Of a stretch of 64,000 nucleotides of DNA, positions 51,683 through 62,497 are shown in pieces. Every line of letters begins with the position of its first letter. Position 1 is the first letter of the stretch. The stretch spans positions 154,922-218,921 of the IMG/VR virus record IMGVR_UViG_3300045988_107814. One strand, 5' to 3'. Made by a program: the position numbers and the translations under genes. Source of the stretch: a virus. The notes beneath the pieces are model-generated. The model was not told where the DNA came from. It ran no database searches and was given only the letters and a program-made list of their open reading frames with translations.

Positions 51683-52897
51683 TTATTCACCGAATGCTTC
51701 CATAGCGTCCATCTGAGTAAATTTTTCTGTACTGTCGTGGAATGATTTCATCATGATATTCTTTACTGCACTGGCTAATTGAGGTGTGGCGGTGCCAATG
51801 TTAGGAGTGTCTAATAGATAGTATAGGTCACCAGCACACTTATTACAAATGCATTCATTCTTACATAAGCTACTGAAACGCATTTTTACTTTCTTACCTC
51901 TATATTTATCTATGTTTGTACTATCAAGACGTACTAATTTATTTCCTTCTACTATATAAGAATACATTAACATCTTTAAATAGTTCTTATCTAAGGTTAC
52001 TGTAATTGTTCGTTTAGTACCACAGTCACTACCTTTTGGTCCTAACTTAACATGCTGGAAAGCTAATAAGAATTTCTTTTCTTCATATCCCCATACAGCA
52101 GTTTTTCTAGCACGGGCATATGGACCTGCTGCTAGTGAGTTTGCCATAGCAGCATAATCATCTTTAGATACACCTTCAGAATAGCAAGATTTAATTATGT
52201 TATATCCTTTTGTAGGATCTGGATCTTTCTGTGCACCTTTAACAACATACATGTTTTTAAAGTTATTACCTAAGTCAGCACCTGCACCAGCTTTAATATT
52301 ATCCCAAGCAGGATCATCTTTTAGTTTATCTTCACAATAAGCCAGTAATTCATTCTCTATCTTTTGCATTGTAAAAGCGTCACCAGCTGCTAGTTCTTTT
52401 TCATATTTCTTAAATAATTCTTTCTTCTTCGGTTCTATTGTTTTTGAAATTAGTAGCATATCTTCAGAAGATGTAGTACAAATTACTGTAGAGTAGTTCA
52501 TAAATTTCTGACAACAAAGAATCCAATCTTTAAACTGCTTAGTAGTGACTCTATCTTCTAGAATAGCTAATGATAATTTGTCATTAATATCACCATATAC
52601 CCCTTTGTTTACTGGTTTATTAATATAACCAATTTCATCAAAGATACCTGGATAATCAATGCATGCTTTATTAAAGAACCAAGCACCAACAGTAGTAACG
52701 AATTCATTTTTGTTATTATGATATGTCTTTGGTGGTACTTTCATAACATCATAAGTGTTGAATTTTTTCTTTCCATTAAATTCACCGAAACATTCCATGA
52801 ATACACTTGTCTTTAAACAGTCTTTACTAGAAAGGGATAGGATATAATCTCTTTCTGAATCTGTAATATATCTAGCTTTTCTTTTCTTAATAGCCAA
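51683..52897 (-). CDS. multisubunit RNA polymerase beta' subunit, middle fragment (up to the first arm of the trigger loop)
   Basis: [10 protein letters not shown] matches [21 protein letters not shown] matches SGARGSAAQI, and the bridge-helix region [19 protein letters not shown] matches [32 protein letters not shown]...CNKCAGDL matches VKVRSVVSC...CAHCYGRDL. Ends at MMKSFHDS, matching LTMRTFHIGG. TTG start 7 nt after GGAGG. Confidence 0.8.
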   Translation of the reverse strand: [404 protein letters not shown]

Positions 52898-53016
52898 TTT
52901 AATTCCTCCTTTGTGATATATAATTATATGATTGTTGAAATGGGTTATAATTACATATTATAATATTGAAGTTAGTAATGAACTAATCTTTAAATATAAT
53001 AGAAAGGAGTGGTAAT

Positions 53017-53469
53017 ATGGCTGTTGTGATTACAGATTCAAAAAACGAAAGCCAAAAACCACAAAAGTATGTTTCGATCAAAGAACTTAATAGATCGAAT
53101 ACAAAACCAATCAATATCGTACCATCTAAGACACTTATTATCAATGAATTGAGTGTTGAGATTGTACAAGACTTTGATGAAGATATTGATTTTAGAATCA
53201 ATACAATTCCAGGAATGCTGTCTGATAATAAGACAATTCCCAAATTAGACATTACTGCAAAAGAAGAAATTGTCTTTGACGATGATCTTACTTTGGCAAA
53301 ATTAGAAAGTATTATTCGTCGATGTGGTATTCTAGACGAGTATAAAGAATACTTTACTAATGATCCAGATATCGTTATTAATCAATACTATCTTGTTATT
53401 AAGAAGAAGTATAAATATTTTAACGAGTTCAGAGAAGGCATTATGATTGCTGGTGATATTATACAGTAG
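53017..53469 (+). CDS. hypothetical protein
   Basis: 150-aa ORF, AAAGGAG SD. Antisense ORF 52983-53252 rejected. Confidence 0.7.
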   Translation: MAVVITDSKNESQKPQKYVSIKELNRSNTKPINIVPSKTLIINELSVEIVQDFDEDIDFRINTIPGMLSDNKTIPKLDITAKEEIVFDDDLTLAKLESIIRRCGILDEYKEYFTNDPDIVINQYYLVIKKKYKYFNEFREGIMIAGDIIQ

Positions 53470-53509
53470 TACCAACTTACTGATAATATAAATTTACAGG
53501 AGGTATAAT

Positions 53510-55084
53510 ATGGCACAACAATCAGAAAATTATGATTACCTTTATGAGAGACTACAGGAATATTACAATGTTTCTGTAACAGGTAATTATCCGTTTAATA
53601 TTCCTTTGAATAAGAACGGACAACCGATTTATAAGTTCGAGTCTAGAATCGTTCCTATCGATTTTGACGAGACTTGTAAGAATGATATTATCAAGGGTAT
53701 CGGTTTCTATATTTCTAAGAAGCAAGATATCAAGAAGGATGTTAGATCTATTGATAGTATCTTTTCATCTAGATTTGGTATGCAAATTGATGACATGACA
53801 CCTTTTGGAGACGTTTATAAATGTAAATGTGGAAAGACAATGATGAAAGTAAACAATGGATTGTTTTGCCCATTTTGTCACACAAAGGTTAGATATGTTG
53901 CAAATGACTTCTCTATTACTGGTTGGATTAAGATAAATGATTTTGAAATTATCCATCCAAACATGTTTAAGAAGTTAATCTCATTTATGGGAAAGAAAGT
54001 TTTGGATTCTATTATTAATATAGATACTAAAACAAACGAGGATGGTTTTGAAAATGTAAAAGAACCATCCAAAGCAAGTCCGTTTTCTGGTCTTGGCTTT
54101 ATCAAGTTTAAAGAGAGATTTGATGAAGTTATGGAATTCTACAGAAATAAGTACAAATCTAATGCAAATAAGATGGCTTATTATGAAGACATTATGCAGA
54201 ATAAGAAAATTGTATTTTGTCATTGTCTTCCAGTTTATACTTCTCAGTTAAGACCATTCTCTATTAAACAGAATAAATTTAACTTTGAAGGTAATAATGC
54301 ACTTTATAATCTTATTGCTGGATTAGTTGCTAAGCTTAATAAACACAATATTTATTCTCGTAATAGAAATAAGCCGACTAATCAGATTCTGTATGATATT
54401 CAAATGAAGTATATGGAGATCTATGCAGATCTTGAAAAGGTAATTGCACAAAAGAAAGGTTATACTAGATCTCTTAATGGTGGTAGATATAACTTTACTG
54501 CAAGAAATGTAATTATTCCTGATCCTGATTTAAGGATTGATGAGATCATTCTTCCATATCCATCATTGATAGAATTAATGAGTCTTACTATCATTAATAT
54601 TCTTACAAAGACATATAGTCCGTCAGAAGCTTATAGAATTTGGGATGAAGCTCGTATTGAGTATAATCCTATGATTGCTGATTTGATACAGAATATTATT
54701 GATAGTCAATATGTAGCAATTACACTTAATCGAAATCCTAGTATTTCTCCGTCTTCTATTATTCAGCTTCATGTAGTTGGAGTAACTAAAAATGACACTT
54801 ATAGTTGTCATGTACCTCACGAGATTCTCAAATCAATGGGTGCAGACTTTGATGGCGATACTTTGAATATTCTTCTTATTATTAATGATGAATTCTTATT
54901 AAATGCTGCTAAGTTGTTTAATCCTAGACTCAGTATGCAAATATCATATAATGATGGAATGTTTAATGGTAAGATGTCATTGCAGACCGATACAATGATC
55001 TGTATTAATTCATTTACTCAGCTTGGAATTGATAGTATTACTGATGAAGAGTATGCTATGATTGAAGCTTGTCAAAATTCATAA
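53510..55084 (+). CDS. multisubunit RNA polymerase beta' subunit, N-terminal fragment with catalytic DFDGD loop
   Basis: Zinc ribbon YKCKCGK...CPFCH. LNRNPSISPSSIIQLHV matches LNRAPTLHRLGIQAF. Catalytic MGADFDGDTLN matches NADFDGDQM. Confidence 0.9.
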   Translation: MAQQSENYDYLYERLQEYYNVSVTGNYPFNIPLNKNGQPIYKFESRIVPIDFDETCKNDIIKGIGFYISKKQDIKKDVRSIDSIFSSRFGMQIDDMTPFGDVYKCKCGKTMMKVNNGLFCPFCHTKVRYVANDFSITGWIKINDFEIIHPNMFKKLISFMGKKVLDSIINIDTKTNEDGFENVKEPSKASPFSGLGFIKFKERFDEVMEFYRNKYKSNANKMAYYEDIMQNKKIVFCHCLPVYTSQLRPFSIKQNKFNFEGNNALYNLIAGLVAKLNKHNIYSRNRNKPTNQILYDIQMKYMEIYADLEKVIAQKKGYTRSLNGGRYNFTARNVIIPDPDLRIDEIILPYPSLIELMSLTIINILTKTYSPSEAYRIWDEARIEYNPMIADLIQNIIDSQYVAITLNRNPSISPSSIIQLHVVGVTKNDTYSCHVPHEILKSMGADFDGDTLNILLIINDEFLLNAAKLFNPRLSMQISYNDGMFNGKMSLQTDTMICINSFTQLGIDSITDEEYAMIEACQNS

Positions 55085-55094
55085 GGAGATATAA

Positions 55095-55421
55095 ATGGGA
55101 CGAAAACCAAAAATTTGTTTATTGAACAGAATTGAATTTGAAAACGAGGCAAAGAATCACGATTCTATGACTTCTCTTGTAATGTATTATGCTAATATTC
55201 TTAAAGATAAACTTGATAAAGAATATGATGATAATACTCATAGTTATATCATTATATTATATATAGAACTTAAAAAATTGTATAAAAATGATTATACTAG
55301 AATAATTCATCTTAAAAATAGTATTATAACTAGTGGAGCTATTATCAGTTATTTAAAAGTTACTATCCATTCACATTATGGAGCTGATATAACAAAAGCT
55401 ATCGCTAAGTCTATTAAGTAA
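55095..55421 (+). CDS. hypothetical protein
   Basis: 108-aa ORF, AAGGAGA SD, immediately downstream of the beta' N gene. Confidence 0.65.
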   Translation: MGRKPKICLLNRIEFENEAKNHDSMTSLVMYYANILKDKLDKEYDDNTHSYIIILYIELKKLYKNDYTRIIHLKNSIITSGAIISYLKVTIHSHYGADITKAIAKSIK

Positions 55422-55434
55422 AAGAAAGAACGAG

Positions 55435-55458
55435 GGTGGGGACGTTTGTGTCCCCACC
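55435..55458. terminator. bidirectional terminator between convergent genes
   Basis: GGTGGGGA cgtttgtg TCCCCACC followed by TTTGTTTTTTT. Confidence 0.8.
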
Positions 55459-55467
55459 TTTGTTTTT

Positions 55468-56550
55468 TTAATAATATAGATAATAAGTAATATCGATTCC
55501 CTTAGAGTAATCAATGAGAGCTTCATTAGGAAAGTTAAATCTAGTGAATGGTCTGATATCAGCATATTCTACCATATTAGTTGCAGAATTCAAATACGGA
55601 ATAGCTGTACATAGAGAAATAGTATTGATCTTAGAATCATTTGTTCCTATATTACGATTAAAATATTCTCTACAATCAGATGCTGTTACACTCATCTTTA
55701 ATTGTACAACAACCTCAGCTTCAGAAGCACGTTTATCTTTCCATACATCAGTACCAGAACCACTAATGTTAATAAGATCAGCACTATCATCAGCATAACG
55801 TCTGATAAGCTTAGGAGACTCATCAAATGTCTTGAAGAAATATCCAATAGCATTATTAGCAACCATACGACCGTGATACTGTTTTCTATAAGAAGAACTT
55901 AAGTCAGCATCGGTAGTTCTATACTTAAATGGAATTAAGCAAGTAAGATTATTAGTATCTGTTGTAGGATAAGTATTGTTTCCACCAGTACCATCATTAA
56001 AATCCCAATAACCATAAGGTGCAATCCATTTAGTATTATGAACCTTAAATACTCTGGATGCTTCGATACCACAACCATCAATACCGACACACCATAGACA
56101 AACACGACGAGCAAAATATCTATATAAATTATGATGTGCTAATGTATTAATACTTAATTGACTGAAAGAACTTAAAGCACTATTAGAGTTTTCTCCTTCA
56201 TAGAACTTTAAACCAGCAGAGCCAAAGTTGGACATATCAATAGGCATTTCAATATCTCCACTTTGACCAATAATCTTAAACGGTCTATTAGCATTCTTAA
56301 AAGCCATATCGTAACTAGGAATAGAAGTTAAGAAATCATATGCTGGATCATGAACAAACTTATCATAATCAAAGTCTTTAATTGCATTGAATTCAGAACC
56401 AGATACAATTACCTTATTACTACCACGGAATAATACTTTACCGTTATCCATAGACTTTAGAATAATATCTGTTCCTTTTATGCTAGCAGAATCAGCTTTT
56501 AGAATATTAGTACCACCATTATCATCAAAAATAGTGAGTTTTTTATTCAT
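55468..56550 (-). CDS. hypothetical protein, presumed virion structural
   Basis: 360-aa ORF with GAGAGG SD, directly downstream of the 1573-aa ORF. No motif recognised. Confidence 0.6.
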   Translation of the reverse strand: MNKKLTIFDDNGGTNILKADSASIKGTDIILKSMDNGKVLFRGSNKVIVSGSEFNAIKDFDYDKFVHDPAYDFLTSIPSYDMAFKNANRPFKIIGQSGDIEMPIDMSNFGSAGLKFYEGENSNSALSSFSQLSINTLAHHNLYRYFARRVCLWCVGIDGCGIEASRVFKVHNTKWIAPYGYWDFNDGTGGNNTYPTTDTNNLTCLIPFKYRTTDADLSSSYRKQYHGRMVANNAIGYFFKTFDESPKLIRRYADDSADLINISGSGTDVWKDKRASEAEVVVQLKMSVTASDCREYFNRNIGTNDSKINTISLCTAIPYLNSATNMVEYADIRPFTRFNFPNEALIDYSKGIDITYYLYY

Positions 56551-56567
56551 AATTATACCTCTCTTTC

Positions 56568-59500
56568 TTATGGTAATAATACGTTTCCATTTGAATCCTG
56601 TTGTACATCACCAGTATAATATACAGTATTCATTTCAACTTTTTCACCAATAGTAATTTTGTCTTTAAAGTTTAGTTTAGACGTTAATTCTGGAAAATCA
56701 AAATTTTGGCCATACATCTTTTCGCCAAATCCGAATTCTATCGTGTAAGGCTCATAGTAAATTTCTTTATGTTCATACTTTTCACCAATCTTAATCGGAT
56801 CTTTATATTCAGTATGGTTCAAGAAATACTTATATTCTTTAGGTCTAATCTTTTCTAGAAGATTATCAAATGTAGTATTATAGTACATATCATCTATAAT
56901 GTGTACATGATTATTGAATGGGTCATCTATAATATAATTCACAGAAGTATCTAGAATCTGAGTTTTCCAAGACTTAAAAAATACTACCATTTTCATAATA
57001 TAATTTTGGATATTTTCTATATTTGCAGTTGGAATTAGATTAAAGATATATTTCCATTCATTACGATCGAAGTACTTTTCTAGTGCGTCTACAATAAGTT
57101 CACACAAAGCTTCTATTCTCTTTCTTTTTTCATCAGAAGGAATATATCTTGTCATCTTAGTCTCAGGATCAGTAATTTGATTATTCTTATAATTGTATTT
57201 CAAGTCAATCAAATGACTATATAGTGCTGGGTTTCTATATTGTAAGAAATCATAATAACTATCGGCAATCTTTCTAGTTATAATAATCTCCTTTTGATCT
57301 TTATCTACAGGAGAATTTTTTAATACCTTACTTATAGTACCATCGCTATTTACAATATACTTATATTTATCTAAATCTTTTATATTACCGTCCTCATCTA
57401 ATTCTACTTCAAGTTTTATATTAGGATCTTGTTTACTAATAAGATATGTCTTTACACTAGTTTCCATATCGAATAAATAATTTTCCTTAGTAGGAACCAT
57501 ATAATATTCTCTTGGTAATACGTCTTGTTCATCTCTATATACACGGAACTTTCTTTGACCCGACTTGTTATATTCGTCTTCATCATAACTACACCAAACA
57601 GAATCACCTGTTTCAGTATTGACATATTTACAATCAGTAAAGTCAGTGTTATGAGACAATCTATATATACCTCTATCAATATAAATATCATTCTTTACAT
57701 CTAATTCATGTGCTCTGAAATAAGGAAAACCTTCTTTATCACACAATACTTCTTGTACAGTGGTCATAAGATATAAATCATCCGGATTATTAGAATCAGT
57801 ATAGACTGGGTTTTCATTCTCATCAATTAATCCATAGTAGTCATGATTCATCTTAGTTTCCATAAATGATTCAAATAGAGTATGGTATATATCATACATA
57901 CGTTTAGATTCAGCATGTCTCATCATGTAAGTAAGATGATTATATAGATTTGTATTACTATAATAGATCTTCTTTAACATATTTATCTTTTGTAGATCTG
58001 ACATATTACTATCTAGTACAGTAAGTAATTCTGTATCTAACCATAATCCGTGAGAGTTGTTATCATCATTACCATATTGAGTAGGCTTCCAAGATATATC
58101 AATTATCTTTATTCGACCGTATTCATCTACAATAGGATGCTTTACTAGATTATAATTCCATATATCGGATTCACCGAAGTCTAATTCCATAGTAATTGTA
58201 GCTTCACAGTTCTCATCACATTTTTCATATCTACCACTTAAGAAAGCACCTATACTTGGATTAGGAATAAGATGTTGTGGATCAGAATAATATGGCTTAG
58301 CATTTTTGATATTTCCTATTTCATCAGGTGACAATACTCTAGTTCCATCTTCAGTATAATAAAACATAGGATTATTAGAATCATCATATGGACAACCATA
58401 ATAATACTTTATATCATTTTCAGCATCATAAACAAACCAATCATCAAATCGTTCAGTCATCCATCCTTTACACATAGGATCCATACCATAACCAGTATTT
58501 TCAATAGTTTCTCCAAATTCATTTACATAAGTGTAATCGTGTATATCATTTAGATAATTATTATTGATAAAATGTTTATTCTGAAGATAATTATATATAT
58601 CATTCCAGTCAGTATCAAAGTTAAATCCATTGATATACATATTCTTCTCCATATCAGAAGCTATGTTATCTGGTTCAACACCATTGTATATAAAGTTAAG
58701 TGCAATAGCAAATGTCAATAGATCGTTTAATCTAACTTTATTTGGAGATATCTCTGGATCAACTTCTACATATAGATCTTCTTCATCACGATGCTTATCA
58801 TATAGCATATTCATAAAATAGCTTACTTGATATGACATCTTTACTAGATCTATAGACGCTTCAACAGCAATATATTTAGTACGTTCTATAGTAAATTCTT
58901 TGTTTAGAATTTCTTGTTTCTTTTCTCTATGGAGACTATCTCTTTCTTCATCTGTAAGAATATCAAATGTAGATACACCATCCCAGAAAGGATCTGCTAA
59001 TGTAATAGTGTCATAATTTCTTCTGTTTTCTTTCTTTTCTAATACTTCATAAGCATTTGGATCTAAGATAGGTACTTTAAGAAAACATAGATCGTAATTC
59101 TTTCTATAATATTCTTTACCTATCATATCTTCAGTAATTACTTCATATACATAAGCATTATTATAGATAGGGATATTTAGATTATTTAATGTAGTAATCT
59201 TATCTCCAAATTTTATTTCATCTAATGATTTACCTAGTTGAGAAATAGCTTGACCAATATCAATCCAACCAGAATATCTAGGAGTTTGATTATTAAGACT
59301 ATCATATGCTAAAGAATCAAACACAGCTTCTACAAATAGTTTAGTAGATATGCAGTAGTTTTCTCTAAATAATCTAGTATACTTTTCATACAAACTACCC
59401 AACGAACTTGGAGTAGCACCAAATGTATTATTAGTATTGAATATATAACAATACTCATCACCAATATAATCTGAAATAGAAGATTGAATAGATAATGTGC

Positions 59501-61289
59501 TAATACTAGATTTTTTATAAGGCATCCATACCATAAACGGTATAGTGTGATTTAACATATACTTATTTTCAGAATCAATAGTATCTTTATAAACAAGATT
59601 ATTATCATTACAATACTCTTCATCTACTAAAGTATCAGCATTATAAAAATAAGTTTCAAGTTCTTCATCAGTAACATTATCCCAATCGATATCTTTATTG
59701 AAGTTGAATATACCCAATATAGAATATATTCTATATTTTACTTTCTTATAATTAAATTGATTTAAAGAAAAAGTTTTATCTTTTGCTCTTTCTTTATCAA
59801 ATACCAGTTTGATTAGATTAGATAGAGAATCTTTATATTTATTAAGATAGTCATTTCTATTAGTTAGATAATCTGTTGTCTGAGAATTATATCTTTCTGT
59901 ACCAAACCACCCATTTTTATTCTTGATAGCCGTATTATCAAGGAAGTCACATACAAAGCTATTAGATAATGAATTATCATTATCGTCAGTCTTTAAACTA
60001 TCAGCAAATTTACCAGCAATAGGTTGATAATCAGATGCCAATATTACTCTATTATCAGTATTGTCTTTTTTCTTTAGATCCTTTAATGAATAACCATATA
60101 CATATTTCTTAATGAAATCAGGTTCTTCTTCATCATATCTTACATTTGTTAAAGGTATCTTATTATTCATTATATCTTCTATTCTACCAAGATAGAAATC
60201 TCTATTAGTATTATACTTTGGATTAATATCATCCTCAGTATAATAATAGAAGTCTTCTCTATTTATTCTCTTGGTTTTCATAAGATAATAAGTAAACACA
60301 GTGATATCGGTATTATCAAACAACTCAAGAATATCTACAATATTTCTATTAGAAGATTTGTATTTGAGAAGTTTATTTACGTTCTTGATTATTCTAATTT
60401 GATACTTTACTGGGATCTCTTTATAATATTCGATACCATAAGATTCAAATAGATATCTGATGGTTCTAGAGTCGAATACATCTTTATTGATTATATATTC
60501 TTGTACTTCAGAAATCATATCTACCATTGTTTGAATAATAATTAGAATTTGTATAAATGCATCATAATGATATGACATAAATCTATATGCTTCTGAGTAT
60601 ACAGTAGCCATAGTATATTGTCTATTTCTATCATACATTCTTCTAAATTTATTCTCAATAATATCAAATGTATTTAAACTAGGGAGATATAACAAGGAAA
60701 AATTAACAGCTTTTCTAGCAGTATAATAGTCAACTCTTTTATCACCAAGATGATAAATATATTGATAATGAGAATCAGATTCATAATCAGATTTAATTTG
60801 GTCAAGTGTACCATCTGCAATAATAACAGCAAGTTCTTCTCCATCTAATTCATGTAAATATTTGCCAGCAAGTTCTTCTTTATAATCACCCATATCTATG
60901 AAGTATCTTTCATATAATTCTGGTATTACATACGCAAGACCAGTATCTTCATATATAGATTCATCGTATCCAGTAGCAGCAAAATAAGCCTTTTCATCAT
61001 TTAGAGAATATGCCGGTGGTAATCCATTAAGCATTCTATAATAACTATTCCATTCCATATATCCATCTTCATTATATGGACCATTCTTTACTACATCCCA
61101 GTGACCTTCTTTATATTTAATTAGATCTCCAGCAGCTGTAGAAGATCGAATGTCTTCATAGTGAAGAGCTTGATTTTCATTCTTTATAACTGCATTCATA
61201 CCTAGAATTTTTGTACAATTTACAATAAGATCAATATATGGATTATCAGTATATTTCATGTCAAATTCATAATTATATCTGTTACCCAT
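56568..61289 (-). CDS. giant protein (1573 aa), presumed virion structural
   Basis: Uninterrupted 4.7-kb ORF, AAAGGAGG SD. Tyr/Asn/Asp-rich. No catalytic motif recognised. Confidence 0.6.
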   Translation of the reverse strand: MGNRYNYEFDMKYTDNPYIDLIVNCTKILGMNAVIKNENQALHYEDIRSSTAAGDLIKYKEGHWDVVKNGPYNEDGYMEWNSYYRMLNGLPPAYSLNDEKAYFAATGYDESIYEDTGLAYVIPELYERYFIDMGDYKEELAGKYLHELDGEELAVIIADGTLDQIKSDYESDSHYQYIYHLGDKRVDYYTARKAVNFSLLYLPSLNTFDIIENKFRRMYDRNRQYTMATVYSEAYRFMSYHYDAFIQILIIIQTMVDMISEVQEYIINKDVFDSRTIRYLFESYGIEYYKEIPVKYQIRIIKNVNKLLKYKSSNRNIVDILELFDNTDITVFTYYLMKTKRINREDFYYYTEDDINPKYNTNRDFYLGRIEDIMNNKIPLTNVRYDEEEPDFIKKYVYGYSLKDLKKKDNTDNRVILASDYQPIAGKFADSLKTDDNDNSLSNSFVCDFLDNTAIKNKNGWFGTERYNSQTTDYLTNRNDYLNKYKDSLSNLIKLVFDKERAKDKTFSLNQFNYKKVKYRIYSILGIFNFNKDIDWDNVTDEELETYFYNADTLVDEEYCNDNNLVYKDTIDSENKYMLNHTIPFMVWMPYKKSSISTLSIQSSISDYIGDEYCYIFNTNNTFGATPSSLGSLYEKYTRLFRENYCISTKLFVEAVFDSLAYDSLNNQTPRYSGWIDIGQAISQLGKSLDEIKFGDKITTLNNLNIPIYNNAYVYEVITEDMIGKEYYRKNYDLCFLKVPILDPNAYEVLEKKENRRNYDTITLADPFWDGVSTFDILTDEERDSLHREKKQEILNKEFTIERTKYIAVEASIDLVKMSYQVSYFMNMLYDKHRDEEDLYVEVDPEISPNKVRLNDLLTFAIALNFIYNGVEPDNIASDMEKNMYINGFNFDTDWNDIYNYLQNKHFINNNYLNDIHDYTYVNEFGETIENTGYGMDPMCKGWMTERFDDWFVYDAENDIKYYYGCPYDDSNNPMFYYTEDGTRVLSPDEIGNIKNAKPYYSDPQHLIPNPSIGAFLSGRYEKCDENCEATITMELDFGESDIWNYNLVKHPIVDEYGRIKIIDISWKPTQYGNDDNNSHGLWLDTELLTVLDSNMSDLQKINMLKKIYYSNTNLYNHLTYMMRHAESKRMYDIYHTLFESFMETKMNHDYYGLIDENENPVYTDSNNPDDLYLMTTVQEVLCDKEGFPYFRAHELDVKNDIYIDRGIYRLSHNTDFTDCKYVNTETGDSVWCSYDEDEYNKSGQRKFRVYRDEQDVLPREYYMVPTKENYLFDMETSVKTYLISKQDPNIKLEVELDEDGNIKDLDKYKYIVNSDGTISKVLKNSPVDKDQKEIIITRKIADSYYDFLQYRNPALYSHLIDLKYNYKNNQITDPETKMTRYIPSDEKRKRIEALCELIVDALEKYFDRNEWKYIFNLIPTANIENIQNYIMKMVVFFKSWKTQILDTSVNYIIDDPFNNHVHIIDDMYYNTTFDNLLEKIRPKEYKYFLNHTEYKDPIKIGEKYEHKEIYYEPYTIEFGFGEKMYGQNFDFPELTSKLNFKDKITIGEKVEMNTVYYTGDVQQDSNGNVLLP

Positions 61290-61320
61290 ATCTCTACCTC
61301 CTTTCTCTAGATATTATATT

Positions 61321-61776
61321 TTATAAAGAAGTCTTGTTGTGTTCAATTACAAAATTAGTTACCTTAAAATATACTCTTTTACCAATTATATCATATATAG
61401 CATCTTCATTATAGTATAGAGATAACTGTTGTAACATAACTGGACTAATTCTATCACTAACAAGAGCACATATATCTTTACTAATCTTAATTTCATCTTC
61501 TTCTTTAATATACCAATCTGTTTTATAAATAAGATTCATTAAAGAATATTCCTGGAAACAGCTTTCTATAATAGTATCAAGTCTGGTTTCTATATCTTTA
61601 GTGACATTTAAGTGAATATCAATATCATATTTCTTTAATTCTAATTCCTTGTATTTATACTCAACCCACTTGTTAAATATCTTTACCAAGATAATGTCAA
61701 ATACTATTCCCAGTATTAGAATTATTCCAAAAATAATAAGGATTTTCGGATTCAATAGTGTGAATAACGCTTCCAT
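61321..61776 (-). CDS. small membrane protein (one N-terminal TM helix)
   Basis: ORF 61321-61788. ATG 61776 (MEALFTLL...) lies 9 nt after GGAGTG. TM helix ILIIFGIILILGIVFDIILV. Overlaps the upstream gene by 80 nt. Confidence 0.55.
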   Translation of the reverse strand: MEALFTLLNPKILIIFGIILILGIVFDIILVKIFNKWVEYKYKELELKKYDIDIHLNVTKDIETRLDTIIESCFQEYSLMNLIYKTDWYIKEEDEIKISKDICALVSDRISPVMLQQLSLYYNEDAIYDIIGKRVYFKVTNFVIEHNKTSL

Positions 61777-62434
61777 AGTTCTTTTCACTCCAATTCTGAA
61801 TTTCGTTTGCCAATGTTAATAATTCATTATCATTAGATTCTTTTTCTTTTTGAGAAAGTCTAATGTAATATAAAAGCTTACTGCAAATATCAGGTGTAAT
61901 ACCATTATAATAATCTTTAATTAGTTCGGTCCATTTACCAAACACTTGATTCGGGTGTACATAAAACAGATCATCATTATGATATAATTGATGTACTGTT
62001 TTACTCATCATTATAATTGGTACTCTGTTTTGTTTATGTTCTTCTCTAAGAGCAGCTACAATATGGAAAGTAGATACATAACCATATGTATTTATATAAT
62101 GCTCCGATATCATTAGAGCTATATCAAATATAGTAAGTATAACATGATTCATCTCTAATTCAGCCATATCAGAATTTATATTGTGTAAATAAGCACAATG
62201 GTCTAATCCAAGAGACATTAAACTAGCTTTATATTCTTTATAAAATCTACTATGTCTAAACTGAGCAATAGCATTGTTTATAAATCTAGCATAACTATCA
62301 ATATCGGCTAGTGTCTCTTTAGTTTGCATGAGACTAATCTCATATACAGAATTAGGACTTCTAAGTGTAGGATTTCCGTTGTTTAAATAACAAGTAATAT
62401 CAGGGAAATCTTTTCCATTAAGTTCTATGTCCAA
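61697..62434 (-). CDS. hypothetical protein, paralog of 19037-19810
   Basis: TTG start 8 nt after GGAGG. Shares the LEMNHV... and ...MMSKTVHQLYH blocks with the other ORF. Confidence 0.7.
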   Translation of the reverse strand: MDIELNGKDFPDITCYLNNGNPTLRSPNSVYEISLMQTKETLADIDSYARFINNAIAQFRHSRFYKEYKASLMSLGLDHCAYLHNINSDMAELEMNHVILTIFDIALMISEHYINTYGYVSTFHIVAALREEHKQNRVPIIMMSKTVHQLYHNDDLFYVHPNQVFGKWTELIKDYYNGITPDICSKLLYYIRLSQKEKESNDNELLTLANEIQNWSEKNYGSVIHTIESENPYYFWNNSNTGNSI

Positions 62435-62497
62435 AATAACAACCTCCTTTATTTTAGCATTTACTAAATAGTTGACCTGTAATAAATATATCGATTA

